A stretch of DNA of 64,000 bases from Malacoraja senta (taxonomy: Eukaryota), in assembly GCA_038087875.1 (NCBI GenBank), contig JAXLNO010000174.1, positions 124,001 to 188,000 on the forward strand. Reading direction: 5' to 3'. Position numbers and translations under genes: made by a program. Under the pieces are notes generated by a model. The model ran no database searches and was not told where the DNA came from. It saw only the letters and a list, made by a program, of their open reading frames with translations. Shown here piece after piece: positions 51,881 through 62,235 of the stretch; position 1 is the first letter of the stretch; each line of letters opens with the position of its first letter.

Positions 51881-52191
51881 ACGTTCAATATACCCCAACC
51901 CAGCCAATTCCTTTTGTCTGCGTTTGGCAGATATACATCTAAATCATTCCGAACGATGTCGTTCTCCAATTTAATTTTAAATGTTCTCATTGTACCATAT
52001 ACCATATGCGTCAAACCGTTGTCCCTCGTGTACCAACTAAATCTTCTTGTCATTTTTTATTGTTCTAACGTAGCCCACCCTGGCCTTTTTTATCTTCCTA
52101 CCTTTCTATACTTTCTACCTTTCTGCCTTGGTACACTACGCCTCCACACGATCAAATATTCAACTCCATACTACTACCTCGTGCATTAATA

Positions 52192-52512
52192 CGGTGCAAG
52201 AACCAGGGGCCACAGTATTAGAATAAAGGGGAGGTAATTTAAGACTTAGGTGAGAAAAAAAGTTTTAACCCAGAGAGTGGTGAATTTATGGAATTCCCTG
52301 CCGCAGAGGGCAGTGGAGGCCAAATCACTGGATGGATTTAAGAGAGAGTTAGATAGAGCTGTAGGGGTTATTGGAGTCAAGGGATGTGGGGAGAAGGCAT
52401 GCACGGGATATTTATAGGGGACGATCAGCCATGATCATAATGAATGGCGGTGCTGACTCGAAGGGCCGAATGGCCCCCTCCTGCACCTATTTTATATGTT
52501 TCTATGTTTCTA
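52192..52512 (+). mobile_element. CR1/HER1-type LINE 3' end
   Basis: RTRGHS..RI...QRVVNLWNSLPQRAVEA and a TATGTTTCTATGTTTCT tail. Confidence 0.85.
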
Positions 52513-52641
52513 AGTGCCCACATTTCGTATATTTTTCATAGTTTGCCAATTGAGAATGTCCCGTGAAATACGATTACTCGAGCGGAGTAATATCTAACAA
52601 TATATAATATAATGAAATAGGTTGTGACCAATCCAATCACG

Positions 52642-52651
52642 TTTATTTATT
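52642..52651 (-). promoter_or_regulatory. Polyadenylation signal (overlapping AATAAATAAA) of the defensin-like gene
   Basis: About 85 nt downstream of the stop codon on the minus strand. Confidence 0.7.
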
Positions 52652-52733
52652 GGTACTATTCTTCAGCGAACTGTTACACACGGACTGTGAGCGGAGAAGC
52701 GGGATGATGTCCGTGTAGAAGACGCCATGGTTC

Positions 52734-52846
52734 CTAACGTGGTTTGCAGCACTTCTCACGTCTAGTACACCGAATAGATAACGTCTCCGCTCTCCGATGA
52801 GCACAATGGGGTCTGCAATCTCCTCCTCTGCGTTTGCATTTTGACG
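52734..52846 (-). CDS. Beta-defensin-like gene, exon 2 (mature peptide (A)SKCKRRGGDCRPHCAHRRAETLSIRCTRREKCCKPR*)
   Basis: Acceptor TTTTTTCTTGACTAG|CG (phase 1). Six-Cys spacing C-x6-C-x3-C-x11-C-x5-CC, with GxC at C2. 13 K/R vs 3 D/E. Confidence 0.85.
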
Positions 52847-53456
52847 CTAGTCAAGAAAAAATGCATTGTGAAACATGCGCGAATAATGTGAAATTATTAA
52901 TTATTATTTCCTGCTTTGATGTAACATGCTTTGTGCTGAATTATTGCACTTATTCTAGGTGACCAACTGTTCTGATGGGGATACGTGATATCTTATGGTA
53001 AATCCACTCCATTCCATACACCAATCTGTTCCCTCATTCACACATCACTCTCGCACAATTAAGGAAGAGATCTGGTGGAAGTTGATACAGGTTATCGCGA
53101 ATTTACCCTTGTGCACTGCATTTAGTTTGGTCCCTAATATCAGTCCAAAGTGGGGCTTATTGGAGAACCTGCCAGACGTGTAAATTTGACGAGTTGCTCT
53201 ATTACTTTAGCATCAGTGGCATGTCCTGGGGAATTTACAAACTCAAAAACAAGAAGCAATAAATAATATACGGATTCGACCGTTGGCTGATACTATTCTA
53301 TGAATCTATGACGCAGCAACCATTCTAACATTGCCACTCAAGCATTTAACTTAACGGACGGACGGGACAAGAAATAATGTTTAAATCAAAGGTCTGGTAC
53401 CGCTGGTATCGGTGGATTTAAAAACAAACACACACTCGTACCCAGCGAAGACGTAC

Positions 53457-53538
53457 CATGACTAGCGAAATTGCATCCTCCTGCGACGAGTTGAGTCAGC
53501 AAAATGATTCCAAAAATAAATAGGAGTGATTTTCTCAT
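53457..53538 (-). CDS. Beta-defensin-like gene, exon 1 (signal peptide MRKSLLFIFGIILLTQLVAGGCNFASH)
   Basis: AAGATG start, basic N-terminus and hydrophobic core. Phase-1 donor ATG|GTACGT at 53456; alternative phase-1 GT donors at 53441 and 53435 are possible. Confidence 0.8.
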
Positions 53539-53613
53539 CTTTTGCGCTTCCACTTGCTCAGGATAAAGATGTCGATGGAGAATATTGTAAATCATATTGA
53601 CTACTTTGCTGCA

Positions 53614-53758
53614 TTTATAGTGAACATGTCTGGGCTGTGAGTTGTCAGTCATGGTTAGGTGTTAGTCGGAGTAAGGCGGGGACAATGTAATTGTTTGATC
53701 CGGGAGCCGTCAACAAGTCTGAATATTCCACATTGTCTGCGTTGCCGGCACGAATTGG
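53614..53758 (-). promoter_or_regulatory. Putative core promoter of the defensin-like gene (TATAAA 53619-53614, GC box ~53675-53681, CCAAT 53758-53754)
   Basis: Motifs in conventional order, with the TATA box ~80 nt upstream of the ATG. Confidence 0.55.
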
Positions 53759-53929
53759 CTGTCGGAGCAAACCGATTGAACAACAATATTTAGCGTTTGG
53801 ACTCCAGTCCCGGATTGAAGCGGCAAACTGACGCAAGCTGTTAGAGAGCTCGCGTGTCAATCTTACAGACACGTATTTTTTCCCATGGAATTCTTGTGCG
53901 TGTGATTCCAGCACTGTGTTCAGAACACT

Positions 53930-55730
53930 TGCTGTCAGAAACGGGTGAATTAATAATCAGAAACAGGGAAATGTCCGACCAGTTAAACAAGTACTTTGTT
54001 TCTGTCTTCACGAAGGAACACACAAAAAATCTACCATAAATACGAGGGGATCGATGATCTTAGAAACATAGAAACATAGAAAATAGGTGCAGGAGTAGGC
54101 CATTCGGCCCTTCGAGCCTGCACCGCCATTCAATATGATCATGGCTGATCATCCAACTCAGTATCCCGTACCTGCCTTCTCTCCATATCCCCTGATCCCT
54201 TTAGCCACAAGGGCCACATCTAACTCCCTCTTAAATATAGCCAATGAACTGGCGTCAACTACCCTCTGTGGCAGAGAGTTCCAGAGATTCACCACTCTCT
54301 GTGTGAAAACGTTTTTCCTCATCTCGTTCTTAAAGGATTTCCCCCTTATCCTTAAGCTGTGACCCCTTGTCCTGGACTTCCCCAACATCGGGAACAATCT
54401 TCCTGCATCTAGCCTGTCCAACCCCATAAGAATTTTGTACGTTTCTATAAGAACCCCTCTCAATCTCCTAAATTCTAGCGAGTATAAGCCAATCTTGTGG
54501 GAAGGAGCAACTGAAGTGAATCCACCTTGGTCAGGAAATGGTGTTAGGTAAACTGTTGGGACTGAAGGCAGATATATTCCCTGGAGTAATGGTCTGCGAC
54601 CCAGAGTACTCAAGGATATGGCCCTAGAAATTATGGACGCATTGGAGATAATTTCCCAATGTTCTACAGACTCTGGATCAGTGTACTGGAGTGTAACTCC
54701 ACATTATGAGGAAGAATGGAAGAGAAAACAGGGAATTATAGACCATTTGGCCTGACATCGGTAGTAGGGGAGATGCATGAGTCGATTATTAAATAATGTA
54801 ATAGCTGCGCATTTGCAAACAGTAACAGGATCGGTCAACATCAGCATCAATTTCTGAATTGGAAATCATGCTTGAATAATATTCTGGATTTTTTTGCCGA
54901 TTTAACAAGTAGAACGCGTAAGGCAGCGCGAGTGGATGTGTTGTGTCGGGACTTTCAAAAATGTTTGCCAATGTGCCACACTAGAGATCAGGGTGCAAAA
55001 TGAGGACATGGCATTGAGGGTAGGGTGTTGACATGGATAGGGAACGGGTTGAGAGACAAGAAACAAATTGAAGGAATTAACGGCTCATTTTCAGAATGTC
55101 ATGCAGCGATTAGTAGGGTGCCGCAATGCTCAGTACTGGTACTCCTGTTATCCACACTATATATTAACGATTTAGATGAGGGAATTAAACGTGTTTGCGG
55201 ATGACACAAAGCTGAATGGCAGTGTGAGCCGCGAGGAGAATGTTGTGACGCTGCCGGATGACTTAGATAGGTTGGCTGAGTGGGCAAATGTATGGTAGAT
55301 GCAGTATAATATGGATAAATATGCGGTTATCCACTTTGCTTGCAAGAACAGGAAGGCAGATTATTATCTGAAGAGTGTCAGATTAAGAAAATGAGAGGTG
55401 CAACGAGACCTGCATGTCCTTGTACATTAGTCATTGAAAGTAATCATGTAGGCAGGCACTGAAGAAAGGAAACGGCATTTATCGCGAGAGGATTTGAGAA
55501 CATGAGCAAGAAGGTCTTACTGCAGATGTACAGCGCCCCGGTGAAATCACACCTGGAGTAGTGTGTGCAGTTTTGTTCTCCTAATTTGAGGAAGGACATT
55601 CTTGGAATTGAGGGAGTGAAGCGCAGGTAGCCTGGAGAATTCCTGGGATGGCGGGACTGATCATATTGAATAGCGATGCTGGCTCGCAGGGCCGTATGTC
55701 CCACTCCTGCACCTATTTTCTGTGCTTCCA
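53930..55730 (+). mobile_element. Old degenerate CR1 ORF2 fragment, interrupted by a younger antisense CR1 tail
   Basis: ETGELIIRNREMSDQLNKYFVSVFTKE, degenerate RT, and LEYCVQF-like sequence at ~55555. Confidence 0.75.
54061..54491 (-). mobile_element. CR1/HER1-type LINE 3' end
   Basis: ORF 54158-54613 C-terminus is nearly identical to 43782-44882; (CTATGTTT)n tail. Confidence 0.92.
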
Positions 55731-55967
55731 ATTCGCCCCATGGTAGACGATGCCCATGTCGTCAGTTATATTTAACGAATAACCGTAATAAAAGGGACAA
55801 TTGAGAGTCACAATGGACGAGAGTGTAAACGCTGTTTATATTATTACGTCCATACAACATTCGGTATATTTTATGGAATGCGGCCTGCTCCTCGAATCTG
55901 AAGTTAAATATTAGTTCGCGAAAACTGAACTGCTACCGATGGCGAGTTTTTTTTTGCCTTCACTTAA

Positions 55968-56130
55968 CATAGAAACATATAAAATAGATGCAGGAGTAGG
56001 CCATTCGGCCCTTGAAGCCTGCACTGCCATTCAATATGATCATGGCTGATCATCCAACTCAGTATCCTGTACCTGCTTTCTCTCCATACCCCCTGATCCC
56101 TTTAGCCACAAGGGCCACATCTAACTCCCT
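55968..56130 (-). mobile_element. Short CR1/HER1-type 3' tail
   Basis: Same tail sequence as 54061-54230. Confidence 0.85.
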
Positions 56131-57654
56131 TAATTTTTATTTTTTAAAGTGTGACACATGACACAGAGTGATTTCTTTAATGTGTTTTTTGCCTTCAGTT
56201 AATTTTTAAAGTGTGACACATCACACAGAGTGATTTATTTAATGAGTTCGCATCATGAAAACGTATAATGTGTAATCTGCACCGGCGCCACGATTGTTAA
56301 TATAACTGGTAGACTACCGTGTTTTGAGAATCGAGCCCTGCAAAGCATCATTGATGATCAGCTCCAATATAAGAAGCAACCGTCCATTACTAACCTCTAT
56401 ATTTAACCACCAGCCCATGTTTTAATCAAATGGCACATTCAGCATGAATTCCATGTGACCTAAACGTCAGTCCTAGCGACCTTGCGAAATGTTGTCAAAC
56501 ACTTTGCTGAGATCCATGAAGACAACAACAACCGCTCTGTTTTATTGGTTATCCGTTCAAAAACATTCACTCAATTATGTGATCACGATATTCTATGCGA
56601 TCAGCATGTTCAGTCGCAGCCTCTTGAAATACAGATATATTCTGTGTCTCAGTATTTCTTCCCGTCACTGAAGCACCTTTGGTGTTCAGTTCAGTGCCTG
56701 TTGTTTAATGATATATCCCTGCATCCTTGCGAGTTCACATAAATAGCCACAGTCCAGACTTTCGTGAGATGTTTTTTAATGTTTCATGAGAGTAGGATGA
56801 TTGTTCCACGGGCGGTAAGGGAAGAATAAATTGCATCAAGCTCTGCTTAATTTCAGCGCACGAATAGAGAAACATTTCGCCTTCAGTTTTGCGTTCCGTC
56901 AAACTAGACGTAAAGTAATATACGGAGGGTTCAAAATAACGTTTATTTCTGCAACCTGAACGAATAGAACCCCAATATTAATGCTAATCATCATTATGTA
57001 GCAGCACGGCTTAATTGAATTATTATTCCATGGTAGGCAAGTGAAATAACATATGTACTTGTACCCCACATGTCGTTTTCACAACCGTAATTGCCGAATG
57101 CACAAGAGAGCTACGGACAAATGCTGGGAATATTGTATTTCTGATTATTTTATAGGACCATAACAAGCCTTACAGAAAATCTACCCGCAATGTAGTACTC
57201 AAAGTGCAGGAACTCTCACATGAGCTTTAAATGATATGCGCCTCCCACACTACCCATGGATTAATCACAAATTTAACTGGGTATTTGTCCACCTTTATCC
57301 GTTCTTATACACCTTCTATTGATATTTAACATAGCATTAAATGGATTACATATCCGATTCCAGGCAACTCGGCCCGATGGAAATTCGAGTTATGAAGAGG
57401 ATATGGAAAAGTTGTGGTGTGATGTCGGATAATAATTCACCTTTCTGAGCGATTGCTTGTCGGTTAGCATCCGCTTGAATGTAGTATAGAACGTGAAGGA
57501 AAGCACGTGCATCACATACATTATATCTATTTTTGGAACAATGTCTCCTTTGTCACCCTTCTCTACTCGAATATAAGTGCTAGTGCACGAATAGATAAAC
57601 CTTGCCCATTAAGTTGTACATCAAGGTCAAACTAAACCATAACAATGAAAGACG

Positions 57655-60600
57655 GAAGTGGCAGTGATGCAGCTCAACAAAGGGAATAATGAAGGCATGA
57701 GAGAGGAGCAGGCCAAGGTAGACTGGAAAGAGATTCTAGCACGAATGACGGTGGAACAGCAATGGCAGGAATTTCTGGGTATAATCCGGAAGACGCAGGA
57801 TCATTTCATTCCAAAAAGGAAGAATCGAAGGAAAGTAGGAGGCAACCGTGTCTGACAAGAGAAGTTACGGATAGAATAAAACTAAAAGAAAAGATGTATA
57901 ACACAGCAAAGAGGAGCCGGAATCCAAACGGTTGGGGAACTTACAGAGGAAACAGAAGCAAACAAAACGGGCAATACGCCCGGAAAAGATGAAGAACGAA
58001 GGGAAGCTGGTCAGGAATATAAAGAAGCTTCTTCAGATATGTTAAGGGGAAAAGAGTAGCAAAATCAAATGAGGGTCCCTTGAAGGCAGACACGGGTGAA
58101 ATTATTATGCGGAACAAGGAAATGGCAGAAGAGTTGAACAGGTACTTCGGATCTGTATTCACTAAGGTAGTCACAAACAATCTCCCAGAATAACTGGAGG
58201 ACAGAGGATCTAAAAGGGCGGAGGAACTTTAATACATTTTTATTAGGCGATATATAGTATTGGGTAGGCTATTGGGACTGAAGGATGATAAATCCCCAGG
58301 GCATGATGAACTGCATCCCATGGTCCTCAGGGACGTGTCTCTAGAAACAGTGCACGCATTGGTGATCATTTTACAAAGTACAATAGATTCAGGATCAGTT
58401 CCTGTGGAATGGAGGATAGATAATGTTATCCCACTATTCAAAAAAGGGGCCAGAGAGAAAACGGGAAATTACACACCAGATAGCCTGAATTGGTTGGTTG
58501 GAAAGACGCTGCAGTCAATTCTGAAAGTGGTAATAATGGGGCATTGGGATAGCAGTAAAAGGATTAATCCAAGTCAGCATGGATTTATGAAAGGAAAATC
58601 ATGCTTCACTAATCATCTGGAATTTTTTGAGGATATGACAAGCAAAATGGATGAAGGGGTCCCAGTGGATGCAGTGTATCTAGACTTTGAGAAAGCCTTT
58701 GATAACGTCCCGCACGTGAGACTGGTGACTAAAATTTGAGCACATTGTTTAAGGGGTAGGATGTTGACGTGGATAGAAAACTGTTTGGCAGACAGGAAGC
58801 AAAGATTAGGAGTGAACGGGTCCTTTTCAGAATGGCAGACAGTGGCGAGTGGAGAGCCGCAAGTCTCGGTGTTGGGGCCGCAACTGTTTAAAATATATAT
58901 TAATGATATGGAAGAGGGAATTAGGAGCAACCGTAGCAAGTTTCAGGATGACACAATGCTGGGTGGCAGTGTGAACTGTGAAGGGGAATGCTAGGAGGTT
59001 TCAGGGTGACCTGGACCGGTTGAGTGAGTGGGAAGATGCGTGGAAGTTGCAGTATAATATAGATAAAGGCAAACGACGAAGGACGAAGGACAAAGGACAA
59101 AGGACATTTATTGTCACATACACAAAATGGTGTAGTGAAATTTGTTTTTGCCATGCAGCACAAACTAGACACAACATTAAAGAAATTTAACATAAAACAT
59201 AAAAACGTTCCCCCACAATGTTTCCCACTGTGGGGGAAGGCACAAAGTCCAGTCCCCAACCCATGTCCACCCATAGTCGGACCTATTGAGGCCTCCACAG
59301 TCGCCTTCACGGAGGCCCGATGTTCCAGGCCGTTCTCGCCGGGTGATGGTGCTCCGGCGTCGGGAGAATCCTCTCAGCGGCTTGGGACACCTTGAACGGC
59401 CACCTCCTTACACGAGACCGCGGCTTCCGAAGCCAACAGGCCGCGCTGAGTGGAGCTCCAACACTGGGGATCTCGGCGAGAGATCCCAGGCTCCCGTTGT
59501 TAAAGTTCAGCGCCGCCGCCCGCAGACCCGCAGCTCCACGATGTTTCACCTGCGGGCTCAGCTCACCGGAGTTCCAGCGCGGCGACCCGGGCAAGGCATC
59601 GCCCGCTCCGCTCCGCGATAGCGCTCCAGCACTGTGCCGCCGCCGAAGCCGAGGACCTGGCCGGTCCCCTAAGGAAATGCCGCTCCAAGCACGCTGGTAG
59701 ACCGCGAGGACGGGTCGGAGGTGCAGCCCGGAGAAAAGCTGCCTCTCCGACCAGGTAGGGACCCTAGAAAGTAGTTACCCCCCCCCCCACACTCCACGTA
59801 AAAAAGACTAGAACTCCAAAAAAACAAAAAAACTAACTAACTAAAAATAAGAAAAATATGAAAACGGACAGTTGCAGGCTGGGCAGCCATACCACACAGG
59901 ACGGCGCCCCCTAGATAAACGTGAGGATATCCACTTTGGTGGCAAAAAACAAGGGAGCAGATTATTATCTCATTGGTGTTAGGTTAGCTAAGGGGGAGGT
60001 ACAGCGAGACATGGGCGTGCTTCTACACCGGTCCCTGAATGTTGGCGTGCAGGTACAACAGGCAGTGAAGAAAGCTAATGGAATGTTGGCCTTCATAACA
60101 AGAGGATTTCACTATAGGAGTAGAGAGGTTCTTCTGCAGTTGTATAGCGCTCTGGTAACACCACATCTGGAGTATTGCGTACAGTTTTGCTCTCCTAATT
60201 TGAGGAAGGACATTTTTGTGATTGAGGCAGTGAAGCGTAGGTTCACGAGATTGATTCCTGGGACTGTCATTTGAAGAAAGATTGAAAAGACTGGGCTTGT
60301 ATTCACTGGAATTTAGAAGGATGAGGGAGGGGGGTCTTATAGAAACATATACAATTATAAAAGGACCTGACAAGCCAGATGCAGGAAAAATGTTCCCAAT
60401 GTTGGGCGAGTCCAGAACCGGAGGCCACATAAAGGGGAGGCCATTTAAGACTGAGGTGAGAAAAAACCTTTTCACCCAGAGAGTTGTGAATGTGTGGAAT
60501 TCCCTGCCACAGAGGGCAGTGGAGGCCAAATGATTGGATGGATTTAAGAGCGAGTTAGATAGAGCTCTAGGGGCTAGAGGAATCAAGGGATATGGGGAGA

Positions 60601-60712
60601 AAGCAGGCACGGATTATTGATTGGGGACCATCAGCCATGATCACAACGAATGGAGGTGCTCGCTCCAAGGGCCGAATGGCCTCCTCCTGCACATATTTTC
60701 TAAGTTTCTATG
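57655..60712 (+). mobile_element. CR1/HER1-type LINE ORF2 remnant through its 3' tail, interrupted at 59068-59911
   Basis: KSPGHDELHP, SQHGFMKGKSC, AVYLDFEKAFD and HLEYCVQF; tail at ~60690-60712. Confidence 0.9.
59068..59911 (-). mobile_element. Non-autonomous retroelement (~844 bp) with 8-bp TSD TAGATAAA
   Basis: TSD at 59060-59067 and 59912-59919. Minus-strand head GGGGGCGCCGTCC...ATGGCTGCC; tail GACAATAAA plus (TGTCCTT)n. Confidence 0.8.
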
Positions 60713-61714
60713 TGAAGGCTCCGAAAATTTAAAAAAATGTCGTAAACACCAGAAAAACATCTTCACTTGCGCACAATCAGTATGAATGTGACATTGGGAT
60801 TGCAGGTTAATGGATTAATGGATATTTTTTATTTATCTGTGAAATTTTTGAGTTTTATGTATGAACCTCTGGTATTCCTCCGGAAACGTCTTCTCATTTT
60901 GCACTGTACAACTGCTGCTTTGCAAGATGACAATAAAGGTTGATTTGATTTGATTGGATTTGATATTTTCATTTGGAGACACAGGAAACTGCAATTTCTA
61001 GAATATTAAACATAATACAAAACACAGAAATAGTGTTATATTTGGGCTTAATGATACGAAGCAAATTAATGCAGTTTGTGAAACGGTGAATCAACGGTGA
61101 TAAATCCCAAGCGCCAAAGACGCCACTAATTCGAAGCAGAAACAGTAAGGAACAAATGTGATAGACCAGCGCATCAAGTATGGCAATGCCTCACTGAATC
61201 AGCGACCAGCGTTCAACATGATGTCTGCGATGCTGTGTCCACTCTGTGTCAATGACGCACGGTTTACCCGGGCTCTCCACCGTCCTCCTCAATTCCAAAG
61301 ACGACAAGTTTGATTGGTTAATTGGGCACTATGAATTGTTTCTAGCAGGTTGATAAAAAGTAAATTCAGTGTGAAATGTACTGTAATATGCAGACTAAAA
61401 TGAGACAAATTGTGAATTAATATGTCGAGATTTGTGGGAGGTGTGGACTCCAAGTTTTTTCCCGGTCAGTATGGGTCTATGATTTCTTGAGGATAAAGAT
61501 GACGTTATAAACGATTGTCAAATATTTAGAGGAATAGATAAGGTACATATTAGAGGTGTAGATAAGATACACATCATTTTTCCCACGGTAGAATTGTCCA
61601 AAAGCTGAAGGCCATAATGTAAGTATCAAGGGTAGAGGCATGAGGGACCCATAGACCTATGAGAGGCATCTCATTGAGACTTACCCAGTAGATAAATCCT
61701 TCGATAAATCGATG

Positions 61715-62056
61715 TGGAGAGGATGTTTCCACTAGTGGAAGAGTCTAGGACCAAAGGTCATAGTCTCAGAATTAAAGGACGTTTCTTAGGAAGGAGATGA
61801 AGGGGATGTTCTTCAGTCAGATGTTGGTGAATCTGTTCAATTCTCTACACAGGCGGCTGTGCACGCCGTCAATGTATGTGTATGGCAGAAATGGTTAGAT
61901 TCCTAATGAGTGTGGGTTTCAGGTGTGATAGGAGAAGGCAGGAGAATGTAGTCAGGTTGGGGAAGCAGATCAGCCATGATTGAATGGCGGTGTGGACTTG
62001 ATGGGCTATGTAGCCCAATTCTGCTCGATTCCCTTATGACCGTATGACCTCATGAA
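61715..62056 (+). mobile_element. Degenerate CR1-like 3' end
   Basis: ERMFPLVEESRTKGHSLRIKG-like coding sequence and a (TATGACC)n-type tail. Confidence 0.7.
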
Positions 62057-62136
62057 CTGAGGGGCAGGTTATGGACACAAGATGATGAGTAAATGGAAGG
62101 GTTTACCAAAGGACGTGGTGGAAATATGTGCAGTTA

Positions 62137-62152
62137 TCTATCTACATTTAAA

Positions 62153-62235
<83 letters not shown>

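Noticed and set aside
53386..53652. 88-aa single-exon ORF from the ORF track
   Set aside because: Its upstream ATG lies before the TATA box and its 3' part is intronic; the spliced model from 53538 fits better.
53966..53977. NF-kB-like GGGAAATGTCC upstream of the defensin-like gene
   Set aside because: Imperfect match lying within a CR1 ORF2 remnant; not distinguishable from chance.
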